The notes beneath the pieces were generated by a model, which made no database searches, was not told the DNA's origin, and worked only from the letters and a program-made list of their open reading frames with translations. Source: Chloropicon primus (lineage: Eukaryota). Taken from it: DNA of 64,000 nucleotides. Below are positions 29,219-40,225 of this stretch, piece after piece. The DNA lies in contig CP060754.1 in assembly GCA_023205875.1 (NCBI GenBank), positions 1,364,001 through 1,428,000 of the forward strand, in the 5' to 3' direction. Within the stretch, counting starts at the first letter, position 1. Each line of letters opens with the position of its first letter. Made by a program: the position numbers and the translations under genes.

Positions 29219-29361
29219 TGACGCCGGTGGGATTTGAACCCACGCCCCGCAGGAATGGAGAGCTTCGAAGTCCCGAGAAACGGGCGAGAGACGCATCTCG
29301 TTCCGCTCGCTCACTCGACTTCTCCTAAATCCATCGCCTTAGACCACTCGGCCACAGCGTC
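29219..29361 (-). tRNA. trnL-UAG: tRNA-Leu(UAG) with a 63-nt intron (29261-29323)
   Basis: Acceptor GACGCTG/CGGCGTC; D-arm GCCGAGTGGTCTAAGGC; ATGGA-TTTAGG^C-TCCAT; T-arm GTGGGTTCAAATCCCAC; oligo-T terminator just downstream. Confidence 0.9.
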
Positions 29362-29683
29362 GTTCGTTGGATCTCTCTCATGACCTTTTTGTCTATATAT
29401 CCTGTTGCGCCCCGCCCCCTCCCTTTCTAATCTCTCCGACCGAGGAGAGGGAGAGAGAGAGAGAGAGAGGCGAACCCAAGGCTCGGTCCCAATTCCTTAA
29501 TCAAACACAACTCCACTTCTTCCTCACGTGTCCTCGGCCTCGGCCAAAGGCAAGCGAGCGAGCACCAGCGCGCGCTTTTGTTGACGCACCACCACCACCA
29601 CCAGCAGCATCCCTCCCTCCTGCCGCTTCCCTCTTGGAAGGAAACCCACCACCACCACGAGGACGAGGACGAGGAAGACGAGG

Positions 29684-30778
29684 ATGAGGATGAGGATGAG
29701 GATGACGAGGAAGGCAACGGCATCCCCTTGCTGCTGCTGCTCCTCCTCCTCCTCTGCTCGACTCGGGGGTCGTCGTCGTCGTCGTCGTCGTCCCTTGTCG
29801 GCGGCGGCGGCGGTGCTCCGGTCGAGTTCTGACCTGCCTCTGGAGCCCCTGGACGAGATCAAGCTGTGGATCGATGCGAACTTGGCGTCGAGGCTGGGCA
29901 GCGTGGTGAGGGTGAGTGGAGGCGGAGGGGGGAGCGGGTGGGCGCAGACCCACGTGCTGGACCTCAAGGGAGGGGGGAAGCTCTTCGCCAAGATCGCCAA
30001 GGGGAGGGGGAAGGACGAGATGTTTCGCGGGGAGTACGAGGGCCTGAACGCCATGAACGGGACGGGGACCGTGGGGGTGCCTCGGGCGTTCCACTACGAC
30101 GACCTTTACGGGTCCGGCAAAGGGAGCTGGATCCTCATGGAGTTCGTGGACCTCTCGGGACGATTGGACCAGGCGGAGCTCGGCCTGAAGCTCGGGCTGA
30201 TGCACATGGCCGACCCCGTCGTGGCGTCCAGGGACGACGAAGACGAAGACGAAGACGAAGACGAAGAAGAGTCCCGCCCGTTCGGGTTCTTCGTGGACAA
30301 CAGCATCGGGGCGACCCCGCAGCCGAACGACTGGACGGCCGACTGGGTGGAGTTCTACCGGGAGAAGAGGCTCTGGCACCAGCTCAAGCTGACGGGGGAC
30401 ACCAAGCTGCTGAGGCTGGGGGAGACCGCGCTGGAGAGGCTGGACGAGGTGTTCTCCCCCGTAGCCGGGTCCGTGAGGCCGAGCATCCTCCACGGCGACC
30501 TGTGGAGCGGGAACGTGGCCGCGGACCGGGCGGGAAACCCCGTCATCTACGACCCCGCCTGCTACTACGGGCACCACGAGGCCGAATTCGGCATGAGCTG
30601 GTGCGCCAGCTTCACCGACAGGTTCTGGGGGGCGTACGAGGACGTCGTCCCCAAGGAGCCCGCGGGCTACGGCGAGAGGAGGCAGCTGTACCAGCTGTAC
30701 CACTACCTGAACCACTACAACCTCTTCGGGGGGTCGTACTACTACACTTGCGAGACCATCCTGAAGCAGTTCAACTGA
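29684..30778 (+). CDS. Fructosamine/ribulosamine-3-kinase family protein, plastid-type N-terminus (start uncertain)
   Basis: 'MFRGEYEGL', 'FGFFVDNSIGATPQPN', 'PSILHGDLWSGN', 'DPACYYGHHEAEFGM', 'LYHYLNHYNLFG'. Confidence 0.92.
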   Translation: MRMRMRMTRKATASPCCCCSSSSSARLGGRRRRRRRPLSAAAAVLRSSSDLPLEPLDEIKLWIDANLASRLGSVVRVSGGGGGSGWAQTHVLDLKGGGKLFAKIAKGRGKDEMFRGEYEGLNAMNGTGTVGVPRAFHYDDLYGSGKGSWILMEFVDLSGRLDQAELGLKLGLMHMADPVVASRDDEDEDEDEDEEESRPFGFFVDNSIGATPQPNDWTADWVEFYREKRLWHQLKLTGDTKLLRLGETALERLDEVFSPVAGSVRPSILHGDLWSGNVAADRAGNPVIYDPACYYGHHEAEFGMSWCASFTDRFWGAYEDVVPKEPAGYGERRQLYQLYHYLNHYNLFGGSYYYTCETILKQFN

Positions 30779-31169
30779 CAAGGAAGAGAGGGAGAGGAGA
30801 AGAGAGGATCAATAGGTCGATCGCAATGATGACGATTTATAATGAAGGCCACCCTGTTTTGCTTGATGTTCTGAATCGGCTGAGGAGCGAGGAGGGAGAG
30901 GCAACACCAAGCGAGAGGACTGGGGAATTGGGAGCAGCATTGCTTCTTCCGCTCACCATCTCTGCGACAGGTGGGCGAGCCAAGTGCAAGGCAAAGAGCT
31001 CACTCGCTCGGCTTCCGCCCGCGATGTAGGATCCTGTTCCCCCCCCCCGGTGAGCAAAATACAAACGAGACAATAAAATAGTAAATAAAAAATTAAAAAA
31101 TATTTGGTTTTGCGCCTTTCTTGGCCCAATGAGCAACAGAAACCAAACGAAAAGTCCTCCTCCAGCCCG

Positions 31170-31982
31170 TCAGTCCTTGAGCCTGGACCTCCTGGTTTTG
31201 GTGTGCTTGCTCCCCCCGACCCCCAGCCGCGCCTTCACGGCCGGGTTGAAGCCCTTCTGGAGGGAGACCAGCTTGGCGAGGGGGGCCAGGAGGGCCTCCT
31301 CCATGGCCTCGCCGCCCTCCATGATCGAGACGGCCGTGGCGATGGCCTCCATCGTGGTCACGCACCCCTGATCCGGCTCCGTCATCAGGAGCAGGCCCTC
31401 GCCCTCGCCCCCGCCCCCGCCCCTCCTGTTGAGCTCGACCCTCCTGGCGTTCTCCACCCCCCGCGGAAGCAGGAGGTCCCGGCAGAACGTGAACATCTCC
31501 TTGGCCTGCTGCCACGTCCCGTCGATGGCGATGAGGACCCACCGCCGCCCGTCACCCTCGGCCGATGCCCTCCTCTCCTCCGCGAGGTCCTCCAAGCTCT
31601 CGGCCTTGGCTCCAGGGTAGAGCACGAAGACGTCCACCGACCCGTCCCTCGCTAGCCTCAGCGTTTCCGCCAGGACAGGGTACCGTTCGGCGGTGAACTG
31701 CCTTCCGACCAGCACGTCGCACGAACCCAGGACCTTCTTGAGGATGGCCACAGTCGCGAGCTTCCTCTTCTTCTCGTTGGGATGCTGCAGGACAATCACC
31801 TTCCCCCCCCTGAGCTCAATGGGTCCCCCCGCAGGAAATGTGGAGCAAAGGCAAGCGTTCTTCTTGGGCCTGTCGCATCCCTCGCAGATCCTCCTCCCCG
31901 TCGTCCCGCACCCACCTGCGCCGCCCTCCTCCTCGTCGCTGCTGAGGCTCAGAGCCCCGAAGAAGAAGCCAGGCTCCTCCAT
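31170..31982 (-). CDS. DTW-domain tRNA-uridine aminocarboxypropyltransferase (DTWD2/TapT-like)
   Basis: CxxC..CLC, 'LQHPNE', 'VLYPG', 'IDGTWQQA', 'TTMEA'. Confidence 0.88.
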   Translation of the reverse strand: MEEPGFFFGALSLSSDEEEGGAGGCGTTGRRICEGCDRPKKNACLCSTFPAGGPIELRGGKVIVLQHPNEKKRKLATVAILKKVLGSCDVLVGRQFTAERYPVLAETLRLARDGSVDVFVLYPGAKAESLEDLAEERRASAEGDGRRWVLIAIDGTWQQAKEMFTFCRDLLLPRGVENARRVELNRRGGGGGEGEGLLLMTEPDQGCVTTMEAIATAVSIMEGGEAMEEALLAPLAKLVSLQKGFNPAVKARLGVGGSKHTKTRRSRLKD

Positions 31983-32243
31983 GACTTGTGGGAGCAAGAA
32001 TAAAATATTTGGAGAGAGAGAGAGAGAGATGATGAGGATGATGGAGGCCTAGGCCTACCTGTCCGTCATCATGCCATGCATCCCCAAATGGCACGAGAGG
32101 AAAGGAAGGCGAAACCAATAATCCCTACCATCTATTTTTGAAATAAAAGCACGGTGGCGGTTGTGACGCAGGGTTTACCTGCTTCATGATGGCGGAGTTG
32201 CGACCACCGGGGGCGAAAAAATACATACAAATCATTATTCATT

Positions 32244-35159
32244 CTACACGTCCCCCTGCTTCATGACGAGGGTGTAAGGGTTCCTCCCCCCTCTGCCCAC
32301 CATCCCCACTCCTCCTCCATAGTAGTGCCTGTAAATGAAGAAGGCGACTCCCAAGATGACCAGAACGAAGCAGCCGATGCTGATGACCGCCAGCCCCCCG
32401 CGGATCACGATCCCTCCTGCGGGCGCCGTTTCTCCTCCGCTCCTTGTGGCCTGTCCTCTGTCCTCGTCCCTTCGGCTCTCTCCTTCGTCCCTTCCGGCCT
32501 CATTCTTCCCCCCTCCCTCCTTCATCTTGATCGGGGCGGTGGGGTCCTTGTTCAGGGTGTCCCCCAAGAGTCCCACCCGCACGAGCTGTCTGCAGTCGTC
32601 GCTCAGGTTGTCCGCGCCCGCCTTCGCCAAGCAGCTGAGGACGCTCCCGGGGGCGTACTCGAAGCTCGAGGAGGCATCCTCCCCGGCCAGGTCTTCGCCG
32701 CCGTCGTCCATCTCGGGGGACTCTTTGTACTCCCCGCAGTGCGTGGCCACGTCAGCGTCGCAGACCTCCAGGAGCTTGGAGCCCCCAAAGAAAAAGTAGA
32801 ATCCCTGCCTCGTGTACTTGGCGACTTGCTTTTGGCACAAGGCGCCCGTCTTGGTGAAGTTCTTCACGCTCGGGTCGTCGGACGATCCGAACACCAGGCA
32901 CTTCATGGGAGTGAAGTACCCGTCGCGGTCACCTCCGACGTGCTTCCTGCAGTCTTTCAGCTCGTGCTTGCACCCTGCGGCCACCTCTGGCTCGATTCCC
33001 TTGCTCTGAGAGATGCGCTTCGTGTGAAGGTACATGCTCTTCAGGCAGTCCGGGGAGTAGGGCTTGGACATGGCGTAGTGGGAGAGGCACGACCACTTCT
33101 GGCCGCTGCCATGAGGGACATCCCTGCAGTAAGAGGCCAGCTCGGTGGGGCAGTCCTTCATGATGTGGGGCATGAGCTCCACATCTCTCAGCTTCGCAGA
33201 CTCCAACTTGTACTCCTGCCTCTTGCACCTCTTGGAGAGCTGACCAATGTTCTGGAACAAGCAATCGTGGACAGCGTACTGCTCGTTGGCCGAGGATCCA
33301 AACTCGAGCAAGCAGAAGTTCGTGATATCGTCCCTGCAGTCGTCCAAGAGCTGGGGGTCGTATCTCACGTTAAGGGCGTGCGTGGCCACAGCCTCCTTCA
33401 CCTGCGCCTTGCACTGGTTTGTCAGGGACGTCAAGTTCCCGATCAGGCAGTTGTACACCTCGCCCTGGCAAGCCAGCTCACTGTCCGCCTGGCACTGGAT
33501 GTTGTCCCCCTCGCAGAACTTGGCCACATCTCCCTTGCAGGCGTGGCTCAGGCCATAGTCGAGCCTGTAGTCCTTCATGTGGAGAACGAGGTAGTTGTGG
33601 AGCTCCTGCTTGCACGCCTGCGTGTTTTGGGGCGCATTCATGTTCTTGGTGAGGCAATCGAGAACCCTCCCCTCCCCCTGAGACACGTCCTTGCACTTGG
33701 ACTTCATAAGCCGCTTGCACTTCTTCATGATTTGTGGGTTCCGGTCGACATTCTCGCTCTCCAGCTTGGCCTCCTCGAACAGCTCTTTCTTGCACTCCTC
33801 GGCCAGGTTCCCCCCGCTTTTCCTGAGGCACTCGTAAACCAGCCCCTCCCCTGGCTTGACGTCCCTGCAGTACTTGTTCTGGTCGTCAAAGCAAGCTTCA
33901 AAGGCCCTCCTGTTGAGGCGAATGTTCTTGCTGCCGCCCACAATCTTCTTCTCCACCTGAGCCTTGCACTCCTCGTTTGTGATCTCGTCCCTGTAGTCCA
34001 CCAAGCAGTTCACAACAGTGGAGTCGTCCAGCGAGATCTCGTCCTCGTTGACGTCGTTGTCCTCGTCTCCGTAGAACATCTCGTCGTCGCTGTATCCGCA
34101 GAGCTCAGGGATCTCCTTCTTGCAGCCGTTCTTGAGCTGAGTGTCCCATTGCCACTGGGTGGTTCTCTGCTCCTGAAGGTAGAGCAGCTCCTTGCGGCAC
34201 GCCTGAGAGAAGCCAGGCTCGTTCATCTGGCTCTCAAGGCACGCCTGGGTCCTTGCATTCCCGAGCTCGATCTCTTTGCAGAACTTCTTCTTGTCCGGCA
34301 GGCAAGTCTTGTAAATCTTGTAGCTCAAGAGCCTGAGATCGTCAGAATTGTCCTCGATGTTCCTCAGCAAGGCCTCCTCGCACTCCCACTCGAGCTTCCT
34401 CCTCTTCTTCATCAGGCAGTCCTGGACGCCACCATCGCCGCTCGCATCTTTGCAGTGCCTCTCCACATCGTCGTTGCACGAATAGAAGAGCTCCACGTTC
34501 ATCTTGAAGTCCTTTGCCTGGCCGAGAAGCACGGTCGTGAGCTCCGTCCTGCACTTCTGGCTGATCTGGTACTTCTTCTTCCTCAAGCAGTTCTGGATCA
34601 AGATCGTGGCGTCCTCCCCGTCATCCTCGGTGATGTCCTCGCAGTGCTCCTCCACGTCGTCCTTGCAGGCCTCCGCATAAGGAACGTTCAAGTTGATGTT
34701 CGTGGCCCTCAGGTACTGGAAGGTCTTCAGCTCGAACTTGCACGACTGGCTCACGCTCCTTCCTTCGGCATTTCCCATCTTCTCCTCGTTCACTTGCTCC
34801 TGCAGGCACTTGGCCAGCCTCCCCTTGCCAGGCGTCACGTCCGAGCAGAACACATCGATGTCCACAGTGCAGTTCTGCGTGGTGCTCACGTCACCGTCTC
34901 CGTTCGTCAGCTCCACCTCCGGCGCCACGTCTACGATATGAGAGATCACCTCCTTGTCCACGTCCTCCCGGAACTCCTGCTGCTCTATCGCGTCGGCGAG
35001 GTCCTCCTTGAAGTCAGAGTCTGACGAGGTGGTCGTCGCCACAGAGTCCCCCTCCGCTCGAGCCAAACCCACCACCGTCGTGGACAAAAGCAAGACACCC
35101 ACGAGGAAAGACGACAACACCACCACAGTATGCTTATTACGAGAACGTGGTGCCCTCAT
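32244..35159 (-). CDS. Golgi apparatus protein 1 (GLG1/MG-160)-like cysteine-rich repeat membrane protein
   Basis: Signal peptide; repeated 'C..D...FC.DV.PG.G....CL' units; C-terminal TM and short tail. Confidence 0.88.
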   Translation of the reverse strand: MRAPRSRNKHTVVVLSSFLVGVLLLSTTVVGLARAEGDSVATTTSSDSDFKEDLADAIEQQEFREDVDKEVISHIVDVAPEVELTNGDGDVSTTQNCTVDIDVFCSDVTPGKGRLAKCLQEQVNEEKMGNAEGRSVSQSCKFELKTFQYLRATNINLNVPYAEACKDDVEEHCEDITEDDGEDATILIQNCLRKKKYQISQKCRTELTTVLLGQAKDFKMNVELFYSCNDDVERHCKDASGDGGVQDCLMKKRRKLEWECEEALLRNIEDNSDDLRLLSYKIYKTCLPDKKKFCKEIELGNARTQACLESQMNEPGFSQACRKELLYLQEQRTTQWQWDTQLKNGCKKEIPELCGYSDDEMFYGDEDNDVNEDEISLDDSTVVNCLVDYRDEITNEECKAQVEKKIVGGSKNIRLNRRAFEACFDDQNKYCRDVKPGEGLVYECLRKSGGNLAEECKKELFEEAKLESENVDRNPQIMKKCKRLMKSKCKDVSQGEGRVLDCLTKNMNAPQNTQACKQELHNYLVLHMKDYRLDYGLSHACKGDVAKFCEGDNIQCQADSELACQGEVYNCLIGNLTSLTNQCKAQVKEAVATHALNVRYDPQLLDDCRDDITNFCLLEFGSSANEQYAVHDCLFQNIGQLSKRCKRQEYKLESAKLRDVELMPHIMKDCPTELASYCRDVPHGSGQKWSCLSHYAMSKPYSPDCLKSMYLHTKRISQSKGIEPEVAAGCKHELKDCRKHVGGDRDGYFTPMKCLVFGSSDDPSVKNFTKTGALCQKQVAKYTRQGFYFFFGGSKLLEVCDADVATHCGEYKESPEMDDGGEDLAGEDASSSFEYAPGSVLSCLAKAGADNLSDDCRQLVRVGLLGDTLNKDPTAPIKMKEGGGKNEAGRDEGESRRDEDRGQATRSGGETAPAGGIVIRGGLAVISIGCFVLVILGVAFFIYRHYYGGGVGMVGRGGRNPYTLVMKQGDV

Positions 35160-35919
35160 GATGATGACCTGAGCTCTCTCTTTCTCTTTCTCTGTGTGTT
35201 TGTGTGTTTGTGTGGGTCAAGCCAAGAACCTTGGACAAAGTCTTTTCTTCGGCGGCAAGATCCGGTTCTTTATTCGTGGCAGGCACGAAAGTGACGACCT
35301 TGGTCTTTGGTCTCCTACGAGACACGGTCCTCTTGTCCGGACCCAAACCCTCCGAACCGATCAACCGATCGACGCGCCAAGCCAAGCCCAAGCCAAAATT
35401 ATTTTGTCTGTCTCCCTAGAATCCGCCAGCAATCCGCCAGCAGCCAGGGAGGAGGAGGGGTGGATGATTGGAGGAATGGAATGGATGGAGGAACGAATGA
35501 ATGGATGAATGTTGTTCTAAAACTTTGTCCTTGTCCTTGTCCTTGTCCTTGTCCTCCTCTCTGTGTGATCGTTGCGTCGATCGATGCGCTGACATCAGCA
35601 AAGCCAAGGTTTGGGGGGTTGGGTTTGGGCTTGAGAGTTCTTGGTTGAGAGAGGAAGTAGTTTTTGGGGGGCAGGAGAGAGAGGCACAGGACTGGAGGTG
35701 GCACAAAAAATGAAAGAAGAATTTTATGCGTATTCATGCGCATTCTTTTTTGTTTGATTAGTATGTTAAATTGTTCGCGCGCTCCAAGACACGGTCCTCG
35801 CTCTTCTTCGAAAAGGAGTTTGTTTCCTTGGCGGGGTAGCTCCCTGCCCCCCACCTAGCTCCCTTCCTCCTCCACAACGTGTGGAACCGAGGTCTGGCGT
35901 CTCCGTCGCGTCGCTTGGT

Positions 35920-36675
<756 letters not shown>

Positions 36676-37668
36676 GGCTCACGCACAACTCGGGCTGACC
36701 AAAATATAAAAAGAAAAGAAAGAAGAAGGCGAAAGAAAAAAAAAAAACCGACGACCTCCTCTTCACGCGATGCCCCGCTCCCCTCTCCTCTGGGTTGCTG
36801 TGGTGGCGGTTGTCTCACTCGTCTCTCTGTGTCTCTCGAGGCCGCGCAGCGTGTCCGCCCTCTGTTCGCCTTCTTCCTTCACCCCCCTCTCGCGGCTGCA
36901 GTAGGTTTCACCTTCTTTCAGGATCGTCCACGAGATTTTCGACTTGTTCTCTGTGCTAATCCCGTCTTGGGCCCAACACGGGGGTTTTTCGGTTTTTCTG
37001 GAGGCCGAAAGCGCGCTCTCTCCGTCCTGCTGCTGGTGGGGAGGGGAGGGAGGGAGGGGAGGGGTGTTACAGTTACAGTTACAGTTACATCGCGCGCGGC
37101 TCCATCACGATCACGCCATGGAGGATGAGGATGGGGAGGATGACATCCTTTGCTTTCCTGTGTGAAGGAGGAAGAAAATGGATGGACGGATCGATGGTGG
37201 ATGTGACATCCTTTATTAGGAAGCGCATCCGCAATCCACTATCGGCACGCCTCTCTCTCTCTCTCTCTTTGTAACGAACGAATGAGCGAACCTCTTTTTA
37301 CTTTTCCTTCCTCTTGACGTCGTCTATGTCTTTGGTCTGTTTTGTTGTCATTGGAGGCCCAAGGCCAAGGTGGTGTGAAGGAGGAAGAAAATGGATGGAC
37401 GGAATCGATGGTGGGTGTGACACCCTCCTTTGCTTCTTCTTGGTTGGTTGGTTCACACACTCATTTCGTTTTTGGAATGCTCGCTCGCTCGCTCGCTTTT
37501 GGAGACAGACTTCGAGACTGCGATCGATCTTGTGAATCACGGCGGCGAAGGTCCAGTGCCCCGATGGCATCTCGGTGTGGGGCTACCGGTTCCTGTTTCG
37601 GAGAGCCTCCCGCTCTCGCTCTTCTGTCTTGATTTTGTGTTGTCCTGAGTAGGTAGGTTTACAATTTG

Positions 37669-37704
<36 letters not shown>

Positions 37705-37912
37705 GAGCAAACACAATACATTAGTGATTTACCTTCGGAGAACAATGTGTGCGTGCTCTGTCACCACCGCCCCCACCACCATCATCCACTTCCCTTCAGC
37801 GTTCCTCGCCTCGTCGTAACTACTAAGATTCCTCCTCCAACCCCCGCGCGGAATAAACTATTGGTACAAACAATTTTTGGATTCTCCTCCGAATCCGACA
37901 CAAGCTCTCGCC

Positions 37913-38699
37913 TCAAGCGTCCATGTTCTGGACCATGCCGTCGTCGTCGTCCTCGTCGCTGTCCATGAGCGAGTTTTGGCTGTCCTCGTCGCTGAACCCG
38001 TCTCCGTCGCTACTGGAGTCGTCGTTCCCGCCGGTCTTGACGTTGTCGATGTTCTCCGGCAGGGCGTACCGCTGCACGTAGTCCCTGACCTTCTTGTTGT
38101 ACTGCTCCGGCTCGCGCATGAGCAGGGCCGCGGCCTCCCCGTTCAGGGGGTCCGTGGGGTTGGGGTACAGCAGAAGCTGCGGCAGGAACACCTCGAACAC
38201 GTTGATGAGGTCGAACATGGGGCTCCAGGTCTGGTTGATGACGTCCAGGCACACGCTGCCCGCCATCTCGTCCACGTTCGGGTGGAATATCCTGTTCACG
38301 AAGCCTATGGAGGGGGACCTGTACGGGTACGCCTCCGGCAGCTCCACGTGGACCTTCCACACCCCACCCTCGTAGGGACCTGGTTGGAAGAAGGGAGCAG
38401 AGCGCGTCACGTCAGAGGTGGTGTCGTGGTGTCGTGGAAGAAGAACGACGATCTTGGTGCCGACTTACTGTCCTTGGGTCCCTTGAAGTTCACGCAAAAC
38501 TCCTGGATGTTGTCGTTCTCCACCTGGACGTTGAAGTCGCTCATCATGCTACGAAAGAGAGAAAGAGAGAGAGAAGAGAGGAGTCAGAGAGAGAGAGAGA
38601 CCCAGAGAGAGAGAGTCAGAGAAGGTTTTGAAAGGGGAGGGAGGCGACCACTTACAGCTTCATGACGTCCATCTCGCGCCGCTTACTCGGGGAGCACAT
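37913..38699 (-). CDS. Ubiquitin-conjugating enzyme E2, UBE2H/Ubc8 class; exons 38656-38699, 38469-38548, 37913-38379
   Basis: '[12 protein letters not shown]', '[27 protein letters not shown]', acidic tail; two GTAAG introns keep the frame. Confidence 0.93.
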
Positions 38700-39057
38700 G
38701 GCACGGGAAGCTAAGCAATAAAGAAGAAGAAGAAGAAGAAGAAGAAGAAACCAATACCGCCGTACCACCGTTTCTAAATGAAACGAACGAACAGAGGGCG
38801 ACCGAGCCGAGAGACGCAGGTACGTAGAGACACTTCCAATGAGTCGAGTCGAGTGGAGCGCCGCGTCGTCGTCTTCGAGGCGTCTGTCTGTCTTGGAGGT
38901 GTCCTCGCCTCTCCCTCTCTCTCTCTCTCTGTACTGCAGCCTTCTTCTAACGTCCTCCTCGGCGCGGGGCGGAGGTCAAACAGGAATCTCCCCATCATCT
39001 CCGGAGGAGCAGATGTATATGTACCAGGAAAATACTTGAAATTGGCGAGTTAAAATT

Positions 39058-39137
39058 GACAATCTGGCCGAGTGGTCCAAGGCGCTAGCTTCAGGCGCTA
39101 GTCCTCCGGGGCGTGGGTTCGAATCCCACGGTTGTCA
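39058..39137 (+). tRNA. trnL-CAG: tRNA-Leu(CAG)
   Basis: GACAATC/GGTTGTC acceptor; CTAGC-TTCAGGC-GCTAG anticodon arm; long variable arm; GTTCGAATC. Confidence 0.93.
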
Positions 39138-39241
39138 TCTCACTTATGCTCCGGGAGAGAAGGATTCGGTTAGAGACGTTAATTGTACACAAGGATCACA
39201 ACGAGATCGTTGATCGTAACGGCGAGGAGGACGGCGAGGAG
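39138..39241 (+). repeat. Left arm of ~100-bp inverted repeat abutting the tRNA-Leu(CAG) 3' end
   Basis: TCTCACTTATGCTCCGGGAGAGAAGGATTC...ACAACGAGATCGTTGATCGTAACGGCG matches the reverse complement of 41919-42015. Confidence 0.9.
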
Positions 39242-39848
39242 GTGTGTGACCTGGCGGGAGCTGGAGAGAGGACCATGGTCTTGGGTCAAGCACCGCCCGA
39301 CGAAGAAGGGGAGGGCTCCCAGATGGAGCGAAGGGGAGAAGCGAATCGTGTTATCCCACGGGAGAAGTGGCGCTTCCGACCCTACACTGGTGGACGAGGA
39401 GAGACGCCAGCGATGGGACGAGAATGGTGTCGGGGAGGTTCGGGTTCGACCAGGAGGAATGTCGAGACCGGGTGAAGGCGTCCCAGCGCAAGTTCGACGA
39501 CCCAGCAATGACGCAGACCCCATCAATCGTTGGTCTGCCGAGCAAACAGCAAGGTTCATGGAGCTCTGCAAGGACACCGTTACCGATTGGAACCACCAGG
39601 ACTATTGGGTATCTTTGCGGCAGGACTGGTTGGCGGAAGATTATGTCCCAAACCCAAAAGCATTCCTTCCGCCGATGCAGAGGGGGAATGACCAGAGCAG
39701 AGACCAGAGAGAGAGGAAAGACACATTGCAAAACATGACACACAACAAGAATGATCCATTAACCTGTGGTCAAGTTGATTGTTTGATCGAGGATCTGTTT
39801 CTTGTTCTCGACGACCAAGCGCAGCGAAACAAAACAGTAGCTCCTTGA
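39183..39848 (+). pseudogene. Degenerate or unusual Myb/SANT-like ORF with no clear ATG for its N-terminal part
   Basis: Two Myb-helix-like starts 'RAPRWSEGEKRIVL' and 'INRWSAEQTARFMELCK'. Confidence 0.3.
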
Positions 39849-39992
39849 CCCTTGTTGACCCTGCACCCATCATCCCCGAGAATCCGCAGTTTGCGCAGGC
39901 TCAACGTCAGGTGGATATCTTCGTCCTCCTCCTCCTCCCATGGAATGGAATTCCTCTTCCTCTTGTTGCGGACCAGGCTTGGACCAGTCGCA

Positions 39993-40023
<31 letters not shown>

Positions 40024-40225
40024 TCCTCCTCCACGCGCTCCCGTCCTCTTCGTTTCTCTCTCGTGCTCGTCCTCGTTCGGCCCCTCGTGGCCTCGGGCCG
40101 TTATGATGGTTCAGCGGAAGGGAGAAAATCCACCGGAAGAGAAAGAGCAAAGGAGAAAGGAGGAGGAGGAATCAGAAGAGGAAGCGAAGGTCGATGACAG
40201 GTTCGTCGTGAGACATTGTTCTTGG

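Noticed and set aside
32325..35024. Long antisense ORFs (also 19782-21782, 42011-43906, 47068-48909, 51434-53164, 53500-55191)
   Set aside because: Shadow frames opposite well-supported genes, caused by GC-rich codon bias; no family motifs
37160..37436. ~55-bp imperfect direct repeat and nearby hairpin between the two UBC genes
   Set aside because: Low-complexity local duplication with no element ends or recognisable RNA motifs
39058..39137. Possible selenocysteine/suppressor tRNA (TTCA in the anticodon loop)
   Set aside because: The 7-nt loop TT-CAG-GC centres on CAG and the stems fit a standard tRNA-Leu
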